NCBI RefSeq assembly: GCF_009834535.1
Contig: NC_045697.1
Location: 34,660,001-34,724,000, forward strand
DNA: 64,000 nt
Reading direction: 5' to 3'
Origin: Camelus ferus
Taxonomy: Eukaryota
Numbering within the stretch: the stretch's first letter is position 1; every line of letters begins with the position of its first letter. Position numbers and translations under genes: made by a program. The notes below the pieces were generated by a model. It had not been told where the DNA came from and made no database searches. It saw nothing but the letters and a program-made list of their open reading frames with translations. Below are positions 26,790-40,319 of the stretch, piece after piece.

Positions 26790-26945
26790 AAAATATTTTT
26801 AATATATATATTTATACAAAATAATACAAATATATTAAATATAATATTTAATATATTTATAATGCATTTAGCATAATATAATATATAATAATATAATTTA
26901 CCATATTTATTTTATTTTTACATTTTATGTATAAAAATATATTTC
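26790..26945. repeat. AT-rich low-complexity tract
   Basis: Almost entirely A/T with degenerate (AT)n. Confidence 0.8.
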
Positions 26946-27599
26946 TACCTTTTGGGCTCTCAAATTTTCTATGGAATAGGGCCAAACATAAACTGAATAT
27001 TTAAAGAAAGCATTAGCTAGCTAGTAAATCCGAGTCATGTTTACACTTTTATTGTCAAGCTTAATCTTTGTTTAAGATCGATCATTTACCCTTTTTTAAG
27101 CCATAAATAAAATTTGGCTTTATCAAAAGGACGTTTTATGTTCCTAGAATCTGTATTTCACCGTCAGTTCTTTCTCATACTGATACCTGGAAAGGAAGTA
27201 TTATTAAGGAAGCAGAGTATATTAGATATGAGTGTTAGCTTTGAGGTTAGAAAGATCTGGGTGTGAATTCTAGCTAGGGGGCAGGGGAACCAACTATATC
27301 TGAGATAAGTCCCTTTACTTCTCTAAGTCTTTGTCGTCCTATCTGTAAAAACAAGATAATCATACCTACCCGCTTTGAGAAGCTATTAAAGGGCAGATGT
27401 TAATCTCCAACTTTGTGGGTTAAATAAGTTATTTAACTATTCTGTGCTTAAGTTTCCTCATCTGTAAAATGGGAATAATAGGATACTTAGTATATAAGGC
27501 TTCTGTGAACATTAACTGAATGAATTCATATAAAGCACCTAGAACAATAAGAGTAATCAAAAATATTATTATCATTATAGGGTTGTTGAGAAGATTAGA

Positions 27600-30080
27600 T
27601 TAGATATTTTCCCTAAAGTTCTGGAACACAGAAGAGGGGTGCAAACAAAAGACCCCAGTACAATCTACCCCTCCGCATCCACTCTCCCCAGAAAAGGGGA
27701 TGCAATGGAGTCCCATCAGGTACTATAGTATCACCAGGTGATGTCAATTTGATCATACTCCCACCTGAAAGCTGGTACATTAACCACCATTAGGATTCCT
27801 AAGTAAGATAGAGAAGGAAATGAGGAGAAAAGAAGAGAAATATAAAACATAGCTGCTACAATTCCCACCTCTATAGCTGTCCTGAGTCCACAGTTGATCA
27901 CAGATGCCCTCTGTCACCACTCATTACTTGTTCCCCCTTGCCTCTGCCAACACTCTGGCTTCAGGGGGTGCTTTATCTGATGGAATTGCCCAAATGTTCA
28001 TTCCTGAGGGATCTGGGTCCATAGCTGATCTTATCTTAATGGGGTTGTTAGAATTTTCCACTGACCAGGACTATTATGAATTTTAAGAAGTAAAGCGAGT
28101 GAATTCCCTGAGTTTCAAAGCCCTTTTTGTCCTCATCAGGAAGAATGAACCCAATTCCTTCTTGGGAATCAGGATACTCATCCTGGCTACCCTGACCCCT
28201 TCCTGTGCCTATCAATTCAGTGACACAAGGAATCCCAAAATGGTTAGAGGGCAACCTCAACTTCCAACATTCCCTAAGGAAATGACTCTTCTGTTCAGCA
28301 CTGGACTCTCCACATTCAGCAAACCAAGGTCACAGGGAAACAGCGTAACAATATTCCAGTGGGTTATTAGGTAGTGAGAGGGGCCACTCTAGTCTCTACT
28401 CTTTTGTTCCCAGACTCACGCATCCTGCTGTATGGGAACAGCACCATATTTGCTGCTGGCTTAAGACATTTATTGCATCCTAGAGGACACCACTCCCACT
28501 TTGCAAGATGTCATCTCCCCGATGTCACAGGAATTGAGCCTTTAACAGGCCACTCCTCTGTCCTAGCAAGCCAGCTGCTTCTGAGTTACGGGACACGTGG
28601 TAAGAGTATTCAGAGAACCACTGAGCAAGGACCAGTGGAACTAAGAAAAGGTTAACTGACTCCACAAGATGGATCATCTTGGAGACTTTTGGTTACATCT
28701 TCTCATTCTCTCCCCATCCAAGAGTTTCAAGCACATTCCTCTCCGCCAGATCTTTCACCAGTCTCCCAGTCTTGTTCTTTCCACATTCACGACCAGCAGG
28801 CCAACTTCTTTGCCATTGCCTATGAGTCACCATAGATCAGTGCCTCAGATTATTTTCCCTAATGAAGTGAACAAACTGCTGTACTTCTTGAAGTACAGAA
28901 AGAATTTCTTTTTAACACAATCTTTCAGGCTACCTCTGAAAGGGGTCATAGTACAATGGCTGTTAATTTCCTGTTCGTGTGGACTCAGGATGCAGATCTA
29001 TCTGTAAATCAGCCCCAATGGGAAATTCCTCTTGGGGCCTCTGGTGTGAGTGGAAGGAGAAGGAGGAACGGGAGCCACGTGAACATGAAGCCTGCTCATG
29101 AAGTTTTCTTGGGCTCACTCTCATGTATACCACTCCCAAATTATGATGGGTTACTGCTGTGCATGCCCAGTTTCTTGGTTCAGTGAATCAGGTAACACTC
29201 AGCTCACGACAGGCAGTTTGGATCGCATAAATATTTCACGGTCCGTGGATGAAGCATTCAGTCTTCACCAGTAGCAAGCCAGGAACTACTTTTCCCAGTC
29301 AAAAATAGTTATCAGCACAGGCTCAAGTCACAGCTCCAAATTTCTGGAGGTCTGTGCTGTGTTCTCATATTGGGACTTTTAGAAGCCTCATAAAGCCAAC
29401 ATTTTGCCCTTCATCCCAGGCACCAGTGATAACGTGAGTGATTGATAATTGGTAATTGATTGATAATTGATAATATTCCTCCCAGCAATAAGGCTGGACC
29501 TCTAACTATATGACCAAATAAATCCCAGATCCAATTTCAACTCTGTTTCCCAAAGCCACTTCTGATACCAATGACTGTATCAGTGTCAGGGCTCCAACAC
29601 AAAACATGACATACTTAAATTTGAATAATTTTTAAAGGGTTTATTTACAAAGAGACTAATTACAAAGGTGTGGAAGAAGGTAAAGTAACCATAAAGAATG
29701 TGCAGAAGCCTGGGTCCCACCATGGTGGAACTGTCACCATCCCTGGGTCCAAAAGGATCAGGAAAGTGAGAGAGAGTTAAGTAGAGCAGAGACCACTTTA
29801 CAGGAGCAATGATCTGCTGTTGAGGGACACGGCCAGCTCAAGGCCCCCACAACTTCCTTCCAGGGCTCCCCATGCGTGTAATGCAAACAGAAGCCAGAGG
29901 GCTTGGAAGCTTATTGAACCAAGCCCTACAGCCTGCTTTTCCAGGGTAGAGTACAGGGTGGATAAGAATGAATATCAGAGGCTGGACTCGCTGAGCCATC
30001 ATGGAGGCTGGCTACCACATTTAATCCCTACAGGTCATCCTTCCTGGGTAGAATAGGGTGGATGAAAATAAAGATTTCCA
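27600..30080 (-). mobile_element. Old ERVL/MaLR element: LTR (about 29575-30080) plus internal sequence
   Basis: Junction ccacttctgataccaat reads on the minus strand as a Leu-type PBS (TGGTATCAGAAGTGG) next to an MLT-like LTR end; internal region degenerate. Confidence 0.6.
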
Positions 30081-30789
30081 GCACAGCAATCAATATATAT
30101 TGGTCCCCTTTCCTTTCACAGAAGTAACCTTCAAAACCTAGATTCATGCATTAGTTATTTGCCTTTCTCTGATTTGGACATGGCCATTGCTCAGTCTTTG
30201 GGCTACAGACATGTTGCTGGTCCAGTGGTACACATCTCATTTCTATCCTGGAGATACAATTCCAGTTCAAGGCCAGGCAAAGATTAATCTCTGCTCCCAC
30301 TGCTGTTTCATCACCTACCCTTGATATAATAACTTTCTTTCCTAGCCTGTACAAAGAAACTACCCATTTTCCAACCCAAAGTTGATTTCTGGAGACTATT
30401 TAGAGTCCCCAAATCTTCACTACCTTGTATATTATTAGGTTTTTGTTGTTCAACTGCTTCTGACTGTCAGTTTTCATCTGGTGGCCTCTGCATGAGCAAA
30501 CTGCCAAAAACACTCCCCAGAAAGAGGTTACATCAGCACTTGGTGGCTTGGTCTACTTTGGCAGGAGTGGGTCTAATTTACATTCTTACCAGTTTACTCC
30601 AGTGCTGTATTGGAGCCCCATACAGATATGCATCTATCCAGGCCAAGAAATGCAAAGGCAAATGTAGGTTACACAAGTGAGCGAAGCAGGTCAGAGTATG
30701 GTGTTGATTGTGCCAAAAATGCTGTGTCAAAGCCGCAGGTAGAGGCATTCAAATTCAAAAAATTTTTAAATACTCCTACTTTCTCCTAC

Positions 30790-32540
30790 ATAACCATTTT
30801 TTCTCCTCTCTACTGGATCATTCCTAATACCATATAAATAAACTGTTACTTCACCCATTAAAAACAAAACAAAATACTCTTGATCTTATTTCTTCCATCA
30901 GCTTTGCCCCTCATTTTCAGTAACATCTAGAAATGAGTAGTCTTTACTTGCTGCCTCCAATTCTTCCCCTCCCACTTTCTCTTAACCCATTCCAGCCAAG
31001 CTTTTGTCCCTCCTACTTCCCCAAACTGCCCTTGTTAGGGTCACCAGTGTGTCGTATGCACTGCTATAAACGATGGTCAATTCTAGAGCCGCATCCTACC
31101 TGAGCCCTCAGCAGCATTTGACACCATGTCCTCCAGGTTTTCCTGCTTCTCGGTCTCCTTTGCTGCTTTCTTCTCTTCCTCCCTCACCTCTTAAGCTGGG
31201 TCTAATGCTAGACTGCCCCAAAGCCCCTGATTTCTTTTCTCTGTCTCGTTCACTCCCTTATCTCACTCCTTCCTGTGTCTTAAAAACCACTGATCTGCTG
31301 ATGACACCCAAATGTTCGCCTCTAGCCCAGCTCCAGTGACTTCCAGACTTGCATGTCACACGCACTCTCAAATTCTCCACTTGGATGTCCAGCGGACAGC
31401 TCAAATGAGCATGAAGACATCTGAACTCCTTCTCTTCCTTCCTCCCCAGACTTGCTCTACCCATTCCTCTCCATCTTGTCAAGAGCAACTCCATTTTTCC
31501 AGTTGCTCAGGCCAATACTCTTAGAGTCATCTTTGACCTCTCTCTTTCCCTCACATCCCAGTCCAATCCATCAGGAGCGCATGCTAACTCTTCCTTAAAA
31601 TTATATCCAAGAGTTTCAGCTTGAGATGACAAAAACGTCCCGGAGGTGGATAATGGTGATGATTGTATGGAATGTGCGTGTACTTTATGCCATTGGACTG
31701 TATACTTACAAATGGTTAAAATGGTGAATTTTATGTTAGTTATAGTTCACCACAATTTAAAACACACACACACACACAGAATCTAACTCCTTTTCCCCAC
31801 TCTTCTGTTACTACAAGGTGGAAGTCTCCGTCATCTCATCTGGATTATACCAACAGCCTCCTAACTTCTTCCTGCCTCTGCACTTAAGCCACTCTATGGT
31901 TTATTCTCAGTGGCCAGAGTAACTCTTCTAAAACCTAGGTCAGATCATGCTACTCCTTATCTCAAAAACCCACAGACTTTCCATCTCAAGGAGAGTTCCA
32001 GCCAATTTTCTCAAAATAGTCTATAAAACCCTCCGTGATCTGGTCTCCCAGCGCCTCTTACCATCTCTCCAATGTGCTTGTGCTCATTTCACACCAGCCA
32101 CACTGCCCCATTGTGCCTCTGGGCCAGGGCTGATCTCACCAAACCTTCTTTGCTTTCGTTCTGCCTGGACCGCTCATCCCCCAGGTGTCAGCCTTGCTCA
32201 GTCTCTCCATTCCTTCAAGCCTGATCAAATCTCACCTTCTCAGTGAAGAGTACCCTGACCCATCATTATTGCCACCTACACTCCACTCCCCAACTGCAGG
32301 ATTCCTTACTTCGCTCTACTTTTTCTTCTTTTTTTAATAGCATTTCTCACCTTTTAACATGCTCTGCAATTTATTTATCTTTTCTTTCTTTTTACACTGT
32401 CTGTCTCCCCTACTAGAATGGAAACAGGGATCTTTGTCTATTTTGTTCACAGGTATCTCCCAAGAGGCTAAGATAGTTTTTGACACCTAATATGTACTCA
32501 GCAACTATTGGTTGAGTGAATGAATATATGAATAAATTGA
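30790..32540 (+). mobile_element. L2 LINE remnant interrupted by an L1 3' fragment (about 31610-31780)
   Basis: Pyrimidine-rich L2 body (ctgatgacacccaaat, ccagttgctcaggccaa) ending in tgagtgaatgaat repeats. Confidence 0.75.
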
Positions 32541-32679
32541 TTTGAAGGAGCACCAAATTATAACCTTTTCAAAGCACCCACCTGTCTCGATTCAGTCCTA
32601 CTGGGAACATGGAAACTATCTGTGGACAGAATAAGCAGGTACAACACAATAAACAGTGAACAATAAGAGTGGGGATATA

Positions 32680-32790
32680 GGAAAAAGCATATGAAAAGGA
32701 ATCTATGTATGTATGTGCATGACTGAAACATGCTGGTGCACCAGAAATTGACATAACATTATAAACTGACTATAGTTAAATTAAAAAAAA
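32680..32790 (+). mobile_element. Short 5'-truncated L1 3' end
   Basis: caccagaaattgacataacattataaactgactata + poly(A); imperfect TSD aagagt(g/a)gggat(a/g)ta at 32665-32679 and 32791-32805. Confidence 0.75.
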
Positions 32791-33167
32791 AAGAGTAGGG
32801 ATGTAAGATTCGACAATGAAAGTCCTTGAAATCAGGGAAGATAAGAACTTAACTGTGTTTGTAGAAGGGAGTCTTATTAAGTAGTGAAGATAGAGAACAA
32901 TTTGGCCACAGGCTAAAGCAGAGTAAACTCTGTACTCAGCCTAGAAACCTTCCTAAGGTGATCCAGCAAGGTGGGCTATGACCATTTATGGCCATGTTTT
33001 ACTATAAACTAAAACCATTTAATATCACCAAAGCTAAGTGTCTATAACGGCCACTTTACTCCTTGAATAACTGCTGGCATGTTATAGTATTCTCTGTATT
33101 TTTCTGTATACTTGAAACATTTCAAAACTAAAATTCGTAGATTTTAAAAACAGAAAACCTCAGAAAA

Positions 33168-33594
33168 CATGGATGTTACTAGAGAATGTTATTCTAAGTG
33201 AAGTAAGCCAGAAAGAGAAAGAAAAATACCATATGAGATCGCTCATATGTGGAATCTGAAAAAAATAAAAAATAAAAAAAATCCAAAAACCAAAAATACA
33301 AAACAGAAACAGACTCATAGACATAGAATACAAACTTGTGGTTGCCAAGGGGGTGGGGGGTGGGAAGGGACTAGGATTTCAAAATGTAGAATAGATAAAC
33401 AAGATTGTACTGTGTAGCACAGGGAAATATATACAGGATCTTGTGGTAGCTCACAGCAAAAGAGAATGTGACAATGAATATATATATGTTCATGTATAAC
33501 TGAAAAATTGTGCTCTACACTGGAATTTGACACAACATTGTAAAATGATTATAAATCAATTAAAATGTTAAAATAAATAAATAAATAAATAACG
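33168..33594 (+). mobile_element. 5'-truncated young L1 3' end
   Basis: L1 3' UTR with G-rich tract and (TAAA)n tail; 15-bp TSD gaaaacctcagaaaa at 33153-33167 and 33595-33609. Confidence 0.9.
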
Positions 33595-34190
33595 GAAAAC
33601 CTCAGAAAATCAAGTAGGTCTGTGATTAGATAGTTAGGTAGCTATTCTAGGATTGAAAACTTTTACACGTACATGATTTTTAGTGATAGATGTAAAAGGC
33701 TTTTTATTTCTCTAATTCAGCCAACTGTCTCAACTTTTAGTCAATCAAAATTATCGTCTTCCTCGCTAGCCCCAATAGGAAAACTAGCCTATCGGTTCCC
33801 CTTTCCAGTTTTCCTATGTCTGTGTGAGTCCACCAGAGTAACCCTGGCTTCTCCCTGAGCCTCATCCTTTACAACCAGTTCACCACTAATCTGTTCAAAT
33901 TGTTTGGCTTTTTACTTCTTGTCTTCCAACCTAGTCCAAGACTTCAACAGCCCACGCCTGTATTTCTGCATTTATTCATTTAATCCTCACAACGACCCCA
34001 TGAAGTAGAAGCAACTTTACAGATGAGGAATCTGAGCAGAGAAGACCATCATTGCTGAGAATCAGGGACTTATAAATGGAGACCCAGGACTGGAACCCAG
34101 GCCATCTGACCCCAGAGTCTCTGTGGTTAACCCCTGAGGACCTGGTGTTGTTCAGTGACTGGATGAACAGGCCAAGTTCCCTGCCTCTGA

Positions 34191-34571
34191 CAGAGAAAGA
34201 CAAATATCACATGATATCACTTATATGTGGAATGTAAAAAAAAAAATCATACAAGTTCTATTTACAAAATAAAATAGACTCATGGACACAGAAAACAAAC
34301 TATGGTTATCAAAGGGAAAAGGCGGGGGAGGGATAAAATAGGAGTCTGGGATTAACAGATACACATTACTATATATGAAATAGATAAACAACAAGGGCCT
34401 ACTATATAGCACAGGGAACTGTATTCAATTTCTTATAATAACATATAATGGAAAAGAATCTGAAAAAATATATATGTATGTATATGTATAACTGAATCAC
34501 TTTGCTGTACACCTGAAACTAACTTTGTAAATCAACTACACTTCAATAAAAAATTAAATTAAAAAAAAATT
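34191..34571 (+). mobile_element. 5'-truncated L1 3' end
   Basis: cagagaaagacaaatatcacatgatatcacttatatgtggaat...aataaaa; TSD cctgcctctga at 34180-34190 and 34572-34582. Confidence 0.88.
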
Positions 34572-35222
34572 CCTGCCTCTGAGCACTCTCTCCCTCAATC
34601 CATTCTATATCCTCATTTCCCTAAAAGTCTGTCTCAGCCAAATGCTCTACATCTTCACCATCTTCTCTGGTGACTATAGCTGATAAAACTGTATTGCAAA
34701 ATTGCTAAGAGAGGAATCTTAAAAATTTCTCATCACACACATAGTCACATTATAACTATGCACAGTGACCGATGTTAACTAGACTTATTGTGGTGCTCAT
34801 TTTGCAATGTATACACATACCAAATCATTATGTTGCACAGCTGGAGCTGATACAATGTTGTATGTCAATAGACCTCAATAAAAAATAAAATTCAGTAAAT
34901 AAAATAAAATACTCTCCATTGCATATGGCATCAAGATGATATCTTTCCTTATTTCCAATGCCTTCCACGATCTGGCCAACCACACCCTGACATAGTGATC
35001 ACCGATTCCTATTACACCAGCTTCTATTCTTCTGTTCTCTGTTCTCACAGACATCTTGCCAAATTCTGCCTCTGGCTGGAAAAAGGCTTCCATAGCAATT
35101 CACTCCCACCGACTCTTCCTTTGGGCTCCCAAAGCACATGTGATCTGTCTTGTCCTGTGGCTCCTAATCAGGTACCATCTTAGATGGTGACTTACGTGTC
35201 TTGGTGTCGCCTTCTACTCTCA

Positions 35223-35457
35223 CAGGGATTCTCAGTCTCACCACTGTTGACACTTTAGAATGACGAATTCTTTATTGTGGGGTGCTGCCCTGTGTATTGT
35301 AGGATGTTTAGCAGCATCCTTGGCCTCTATGCACTAGGTGCTAACAGCAACAGCCCCGTCCCCACTCTATACCCTCCCCTCCCTCCCTAGGTGTGAAAAC
35401 CAAAATGTTTCCAGGCATTGTCAGATGTCCCCTGAGTGCAAAAGTCAAGAACCACTG
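35223..35457. mobile_element. MER20-like hAT DNA transposon
   Basis: tgccctgtgtattgtaggatgtttagcagcatccttggcctctatgcactag...agaaccactg. Confidence 0.85.
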
Positions 35458-36744
35458 AGCTAGACCGTAAGCTCTTCAGTTTCACAGTCTGAGTCTTATA
35501 CTTTTTTGTCTTGTCCATAGCATCCAGCCTTGGCATCTGGTACACAGCAAGAACTCAACAGACAGCAATTAACAACTCCTCCCCGATATCCACACCATCA
35601 CATTACACCTTGGCTCTACTTTTCAGTAACTCCTTCCACCACACGATACCTCACAGCTCAATGATGGCCACAGGGAAAGCTAGGTTGACCAAGACCTTTT
35701 GACTAAGTGTAACAGCAAAGTTGAAGAAGACAGTTTCCAGAGCTTGTGGTAGGTCATGAGTCTAAACTTTTGTTCCAGATGTAGTAAAAAAGGAGGAGGA
35801 GGAAGAGGAGGAGAAGAAGAGGAGCAGCAGCAGATTATTCAAAATCAAGCATCAATCCATGAGATGCTAAATGAAATGGTTAAAACCTGGTGTTTGTGGC
35901 TTTTTTCTGTATTAGGACAGCATACAGGGTTGAGCAGGCTTTAGGGTCAGGGTACCCTGAAGTCAAATCATGGCTTCGCTTTCTTGTAGCAACAGTATGA
36001 TTTGGGGCAATTACTCAGGAGCCTCAACTGGAAAATGTTGGAAATAAAACCCACCTACTAGGAAAAGCACGTCCCCACTCCTACCAACAAAGCTTCTACC
36101 ATCTGCAGGCACTACAGCAAGATCTTTACTAACTCCCTCCCTCCCTACACATTGAAATAAGTCCTGTTCTTATCCCCACTTTACAGATGAAGAAACTGAG
36201 TAAAAGAGAGGTTCAGTAATTTGTCCAAAGCTACATAACTAAAAAGGCAGCTGAGCCAGAATGTAAGCCTGGAGAGCTTGGCTGAGTCCATGAACATAAT
36301 GAGACCAGCCTTGTGGATGAGAAGGTGACAGAAGAGAGCAGAGTGAGGTGCCTACAACCCAGCGGCTGCTCATTGAGTCTCTAGTCTTTCCCTCACTCAG
36401 CAAGTCTGTTCTGGGTGTTCGCAGGCAGATCTAAGGCAAACAGATAGAAGCAGATGTGGTTCTGTCTCTGAAGACAAAATGGGAAGAAGGCCAAGGAAGC
36501 CTTGGGCTGCCCTTCAGCTCCCAGCTCCCCTGTTCTGAGCCCATTCTCTTCCCTGTTCACTCCATTCAGGACTCTGATGGGCTCCCTCCCCACTATCAAC
36601 ACAGCTCTCCCAAGAGGCTCTGAAGCTTTTTAGTAAGGTGTAAATGATATGATAGTAAACTGATGTAACAGGAAACACCTACTACAGTACTTCTTTTAAA
36701 GGCATTTTCATGTGTGTAAGCATGACACCTGTATTTGTCATGGT

Positions 36745-37108
36745 GATGAAAGAGAGAGAAATTGATTTAAGGAATTGGTTCACACCATTGTGAGGGCTGG
36801 TGAGTCCAAAATCTGATGGGGTGAGCTGACAGGCTGGAGACTCCAGAAAGAGCTGCAGTTTGAGTTCAAAGGAAGTTTGCTGGTGGAATTTTTTCATGCT
36901 TAGAGGTCAGTCTTTGTTCTAGTAGGGCCTTCAACAGATTGGATGAGGCCCGCCCACATTATGCAAAGTAATCTGCTTTACTCAAAATCCACTGATTTAA
37001 ATGTTAATTGCACCCCAAAAATATCTTCACAGAAACATCCAGAATAATGTTTAACCAAATACCTGGGCATCGTGGTCCAACCAAGTTGACCCATAAAATT
37101 AATCATCA
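36745..37108 (-). mobile_element. MLT2-type (ERVL) LTR
   Basis: gattggatgaggcccgcccacattatg...aatctgctttactcaaaatccactgatttaaatgttaat...aagttgacccataaaattaatcatca. Confidence 0.85.
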
Positions 37109-38256
37109 TTATACCTTAAATTTAAATGCATAGAACTTTCAAAGACAAATTGCTGGCATTTGTTAGCACGAATGATACCTGAGGACTAGGAAAAGGCCTT
37201 GCCCTGTTCAATGAACTTAGAACACATGACTACAACACCAGCAGAGTGGCTTATAAACCCAACAACAATCTCTCAGTTACTTTTGCTCTCTGCTGCAGCC
37301 TAGAATTTTAGGAGGAAGCTTTTTCAAAAACACTTATTTGTCCTGATTCAATAGCAAAGGCAATTGCCTTCAAACAGGGACAGAGCCACTCTGACATGAG
37401 AGTATGATAAGGTTTTGTTCTGCCTCCCCGAAGACCAAGAATAGCGGTGCGCAGGAGGGCGGACTTCTGCTTCGTTTACGGCTCCTCTTCTGCCCAGGAC
37501 AACTGCTGGGAAGTAGCTACTGCCCACTAAGTAAGTGCTGAGCGAGCAAAAGACAAACTGTGGCAGTTTGTCTTCCAGTGTTCCCCGCTTTGGTGTGGCT
37601 CTCCAAGTCACCAGGCATCTTTATTTACAGACTGAAGCACTGATTCAGGACAAGGCAGGTATCAGTGATTATTCGATTCAGGGTCATTTTCTACTTACAT
37701 CATCAAGGGTCTTCTGGGTGAGAGGTAAATGAAGAGTCATTTCCACATGCCATTACCGAAGCCATTCTTTCAACTGTTTAGCTCATTAACCTGCAGCGAG
37801 AAAGCTCTTTGGCACCTTTGGAAAAATTCCCAATTTAGGCATAAATTCATGCATATTTGGCCTTTGTCAGAGAAAATCCAAAATGCCCCAGAGATGGGCA
37901 ATGACTATTTACCAGCTGGAAGGTTATACTCGGGGTTGACGATGATCGCAGGAAGGAGCTGGAGCTTCCGCTCCCAGGCTTACATCTGTGCTGTTCTTTT
38001 CATCTGCTTCTTACTCCCCAGCAAATATCTTTAATTACATATCGTGTACCAGCAAACCAGGAAAAGGGCATTGCATCCCGGCGTAATCTCTGTGACCTTT
38101 AGAAACTGGCACGTCTGCGTAAGAGAGTCGAACCTCTCATTTTATTTGGTATTTGCGGTCTTTCCTGGGAAGGCTTGCTCCCCCTGCTCCCATCTCTGCA
38201 AGGCTCCTAAGAGCATTCCTTCCACCTCCGGGCTTGTGCGGCTTGGGAACGGGTGT

Positions 38257-38270
38257 CCACCAGGGGGCGC
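38257..38270 (+). promoter_or_regulatory. CTCF consensus site in CpG-rich segment of TXK intron 1
   Basis: CCACCAGGGGGCGC is an exact match to the CTCF core consensus. Confidence 0.8.
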
Positions 38271-38480
38271 CGGAAGGGAGAGGATGGGGACGCTCCACTT
38301 CTCGGACCGGCTCCCCTGGCGGCACTCAGCCCAGCCGATAACCGATAACCGACAGACCCAGCGCTGTGGGACCACCGGTGTCGGGGGAGCCAAGCTGGTG
38401 GCGTTCCCTCCGTTTCTAATGTTTTCAGGTTTATATTGGCGTAACCTCGCGTTCATCCCCTGACGTTTCCGATGGTAGAG

Positions 38481-38495
38481 TTTCGTTTTGAGTCA
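38481..38495 (+). promoter_or_regulatory. AP-1/IRF composite element (AICE1)
   Basis: TTTC-GTTT-TGAGTCA matches TTTCnnnnTGA(G/C)TCA. Confidence 0.55.
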
Positions 38496-40319
38496 GTGCT
38501 GCAAGTGAAATTCGTTCCTCCTGAATTTGGTCGTAATGACAGGCAGATGGCCGGTGATTTTTATTTGAAAACTGGCTCATTTTAAGAACTGCCTTTAGCC
38601 AAACACCAGGCTTGTCGCCCAACCCACACGATCCAGGCTGTGGTTTTAGGGCAAGGAATTCTGGTGCAGCTGCAGCCACAGCTTAAGGGCTCAAGGGTCG
38701 GAAACCTCTAGAAAACCTGTGGCTTTGGAAAAATGGCCCTGGGCGATTAGAGCTGATCTCTGAGTTCACTACAAGATGCGCGCCCCCCCCCCCCTTTTTT
38801 TCCTTCCCGGAAATCTACTAAAGGCCAAACCTCCTCACGAGTATAATAATTTCCACCACTAGATCTATTTAAGGGACTTTTGATGGCAGATACATTTTAA
38901 TGGACTTAACCCATGTCATCTGGAGGGTGTGACACAAGCTAGCTTTTTTTTAGCCTGGATTTCTACTTCTGAGCAGGCACCAGAAAAGGTTTACTGTACA
39001 CCAAACCAAGAATCCACACCAATGAGGGAAATAAAGAAAAGGAAATAGAGAGGGAGGGAGAGAGGGGGAGGGACAGCGGGAGGAAAGAGAGCGAGTGAGA
39101 GGAAGGACTGACGGACGGACAGTGAGTTTTTCACAGAACTATTTATTCAGTTTAGAGTTATCCTTTATTCTGAGCTTATGCTCTCTGTGTATTTGTAGCA
39201 TTAAATTATCCTTGTTTTGTGCGTGTGCCTCCTTTGGTATTAAAAGGACGCTCCTTTCATCAGAACTGCTAAAAGACCACTGTTTCCCTTCGATAGTAAA
39301 ATGTCCGTTCTTCTAAGAAATGATAGTCACCAGAGATGTTATTGTTCTTGAATGTATTGACAAAGTAAATTAGCAACCCTAGGTTAGATCCAAAACTGTT
39401 TCTTGACATTACCCTGTCTGTGAAACCTCCAAGTAAGCAGAACAACTACATGAGGAGATTTATTTGTTCCTGACAGAAACAGCCAGCCAGCTCGTGGGAC
39501 AGTAACTGGTAAATCTGGGTGGAGGAGAAGGGTGCTGTGTGTGGGGAAGGGGCCAGGAGACTCTGGAAGCCTGGGGAGCTGGACGGGGCACTGGGCACCC
39601 GGGGAGGTAGTGTCCTGGGAGTAAAGGTGCTGATAGGAAAGGCAGAGTCTCCCTGAAGACTGACGGCTGGTGTGTTCACAGCTTCAGCCGGGCAAAGCCC
39701 AGGCACCAGACATTCCACCATCATCCTTGTTTGCTCTATGCAGGATTTTATTCCTTCCCCATCCAGTCATGAGCTGGTGTGAGGCAGACTTTGCAGGCAT
39801 CTTGCACACAACTCCTCTGCCCCCAGGTCTCAGAGAAGTGTTTGCTAGAAGACTGTCGTCTGTGGGCCCAAGGTTCATGAGGGGCTCACAGACATCACAC
39901 CCCAGACATCTGGCCCACCTGGGATGTGAGTGCTTGGTCACCAGACCTGCTGGCAGCCAGCATGGTGCAGGGCATCCTCTGGGCAGAAAGGGGACAGACA
40001 CGGGGCAGTGGGCTTCCCTGTGCAGCAGGGGCATCTGCTGAGCACCTGCGGGTCACACAAGGAGGCGTGGAAACCTCCTGGATGCAGTTCCAGATGGTGG
40101 CTGTAGTTAGCATTACTGCTCCAGATCTTAGGCAGTTGATCTGGAGTTGATTTTAGGGGGATAAAAGTGAAGTGATTTAGGAACAAAAGACATATATTAG
40201 TGTCCATATTAACACTGAGCCTATTTTTGAGAAAGGGGACCAACTCTAGCCTGAGGCCACATGGCAGTAAAAGTGGCCAAGTCTGGTTTTGGTCTGTGGC
40301 TTTGCCCGCTGTTGCTGCT

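Noticed and set aside
38860..39320. Stretch that looks like a conserved non-coding element
   Set aside because: Impression only; conservation cannot be judged without alignments
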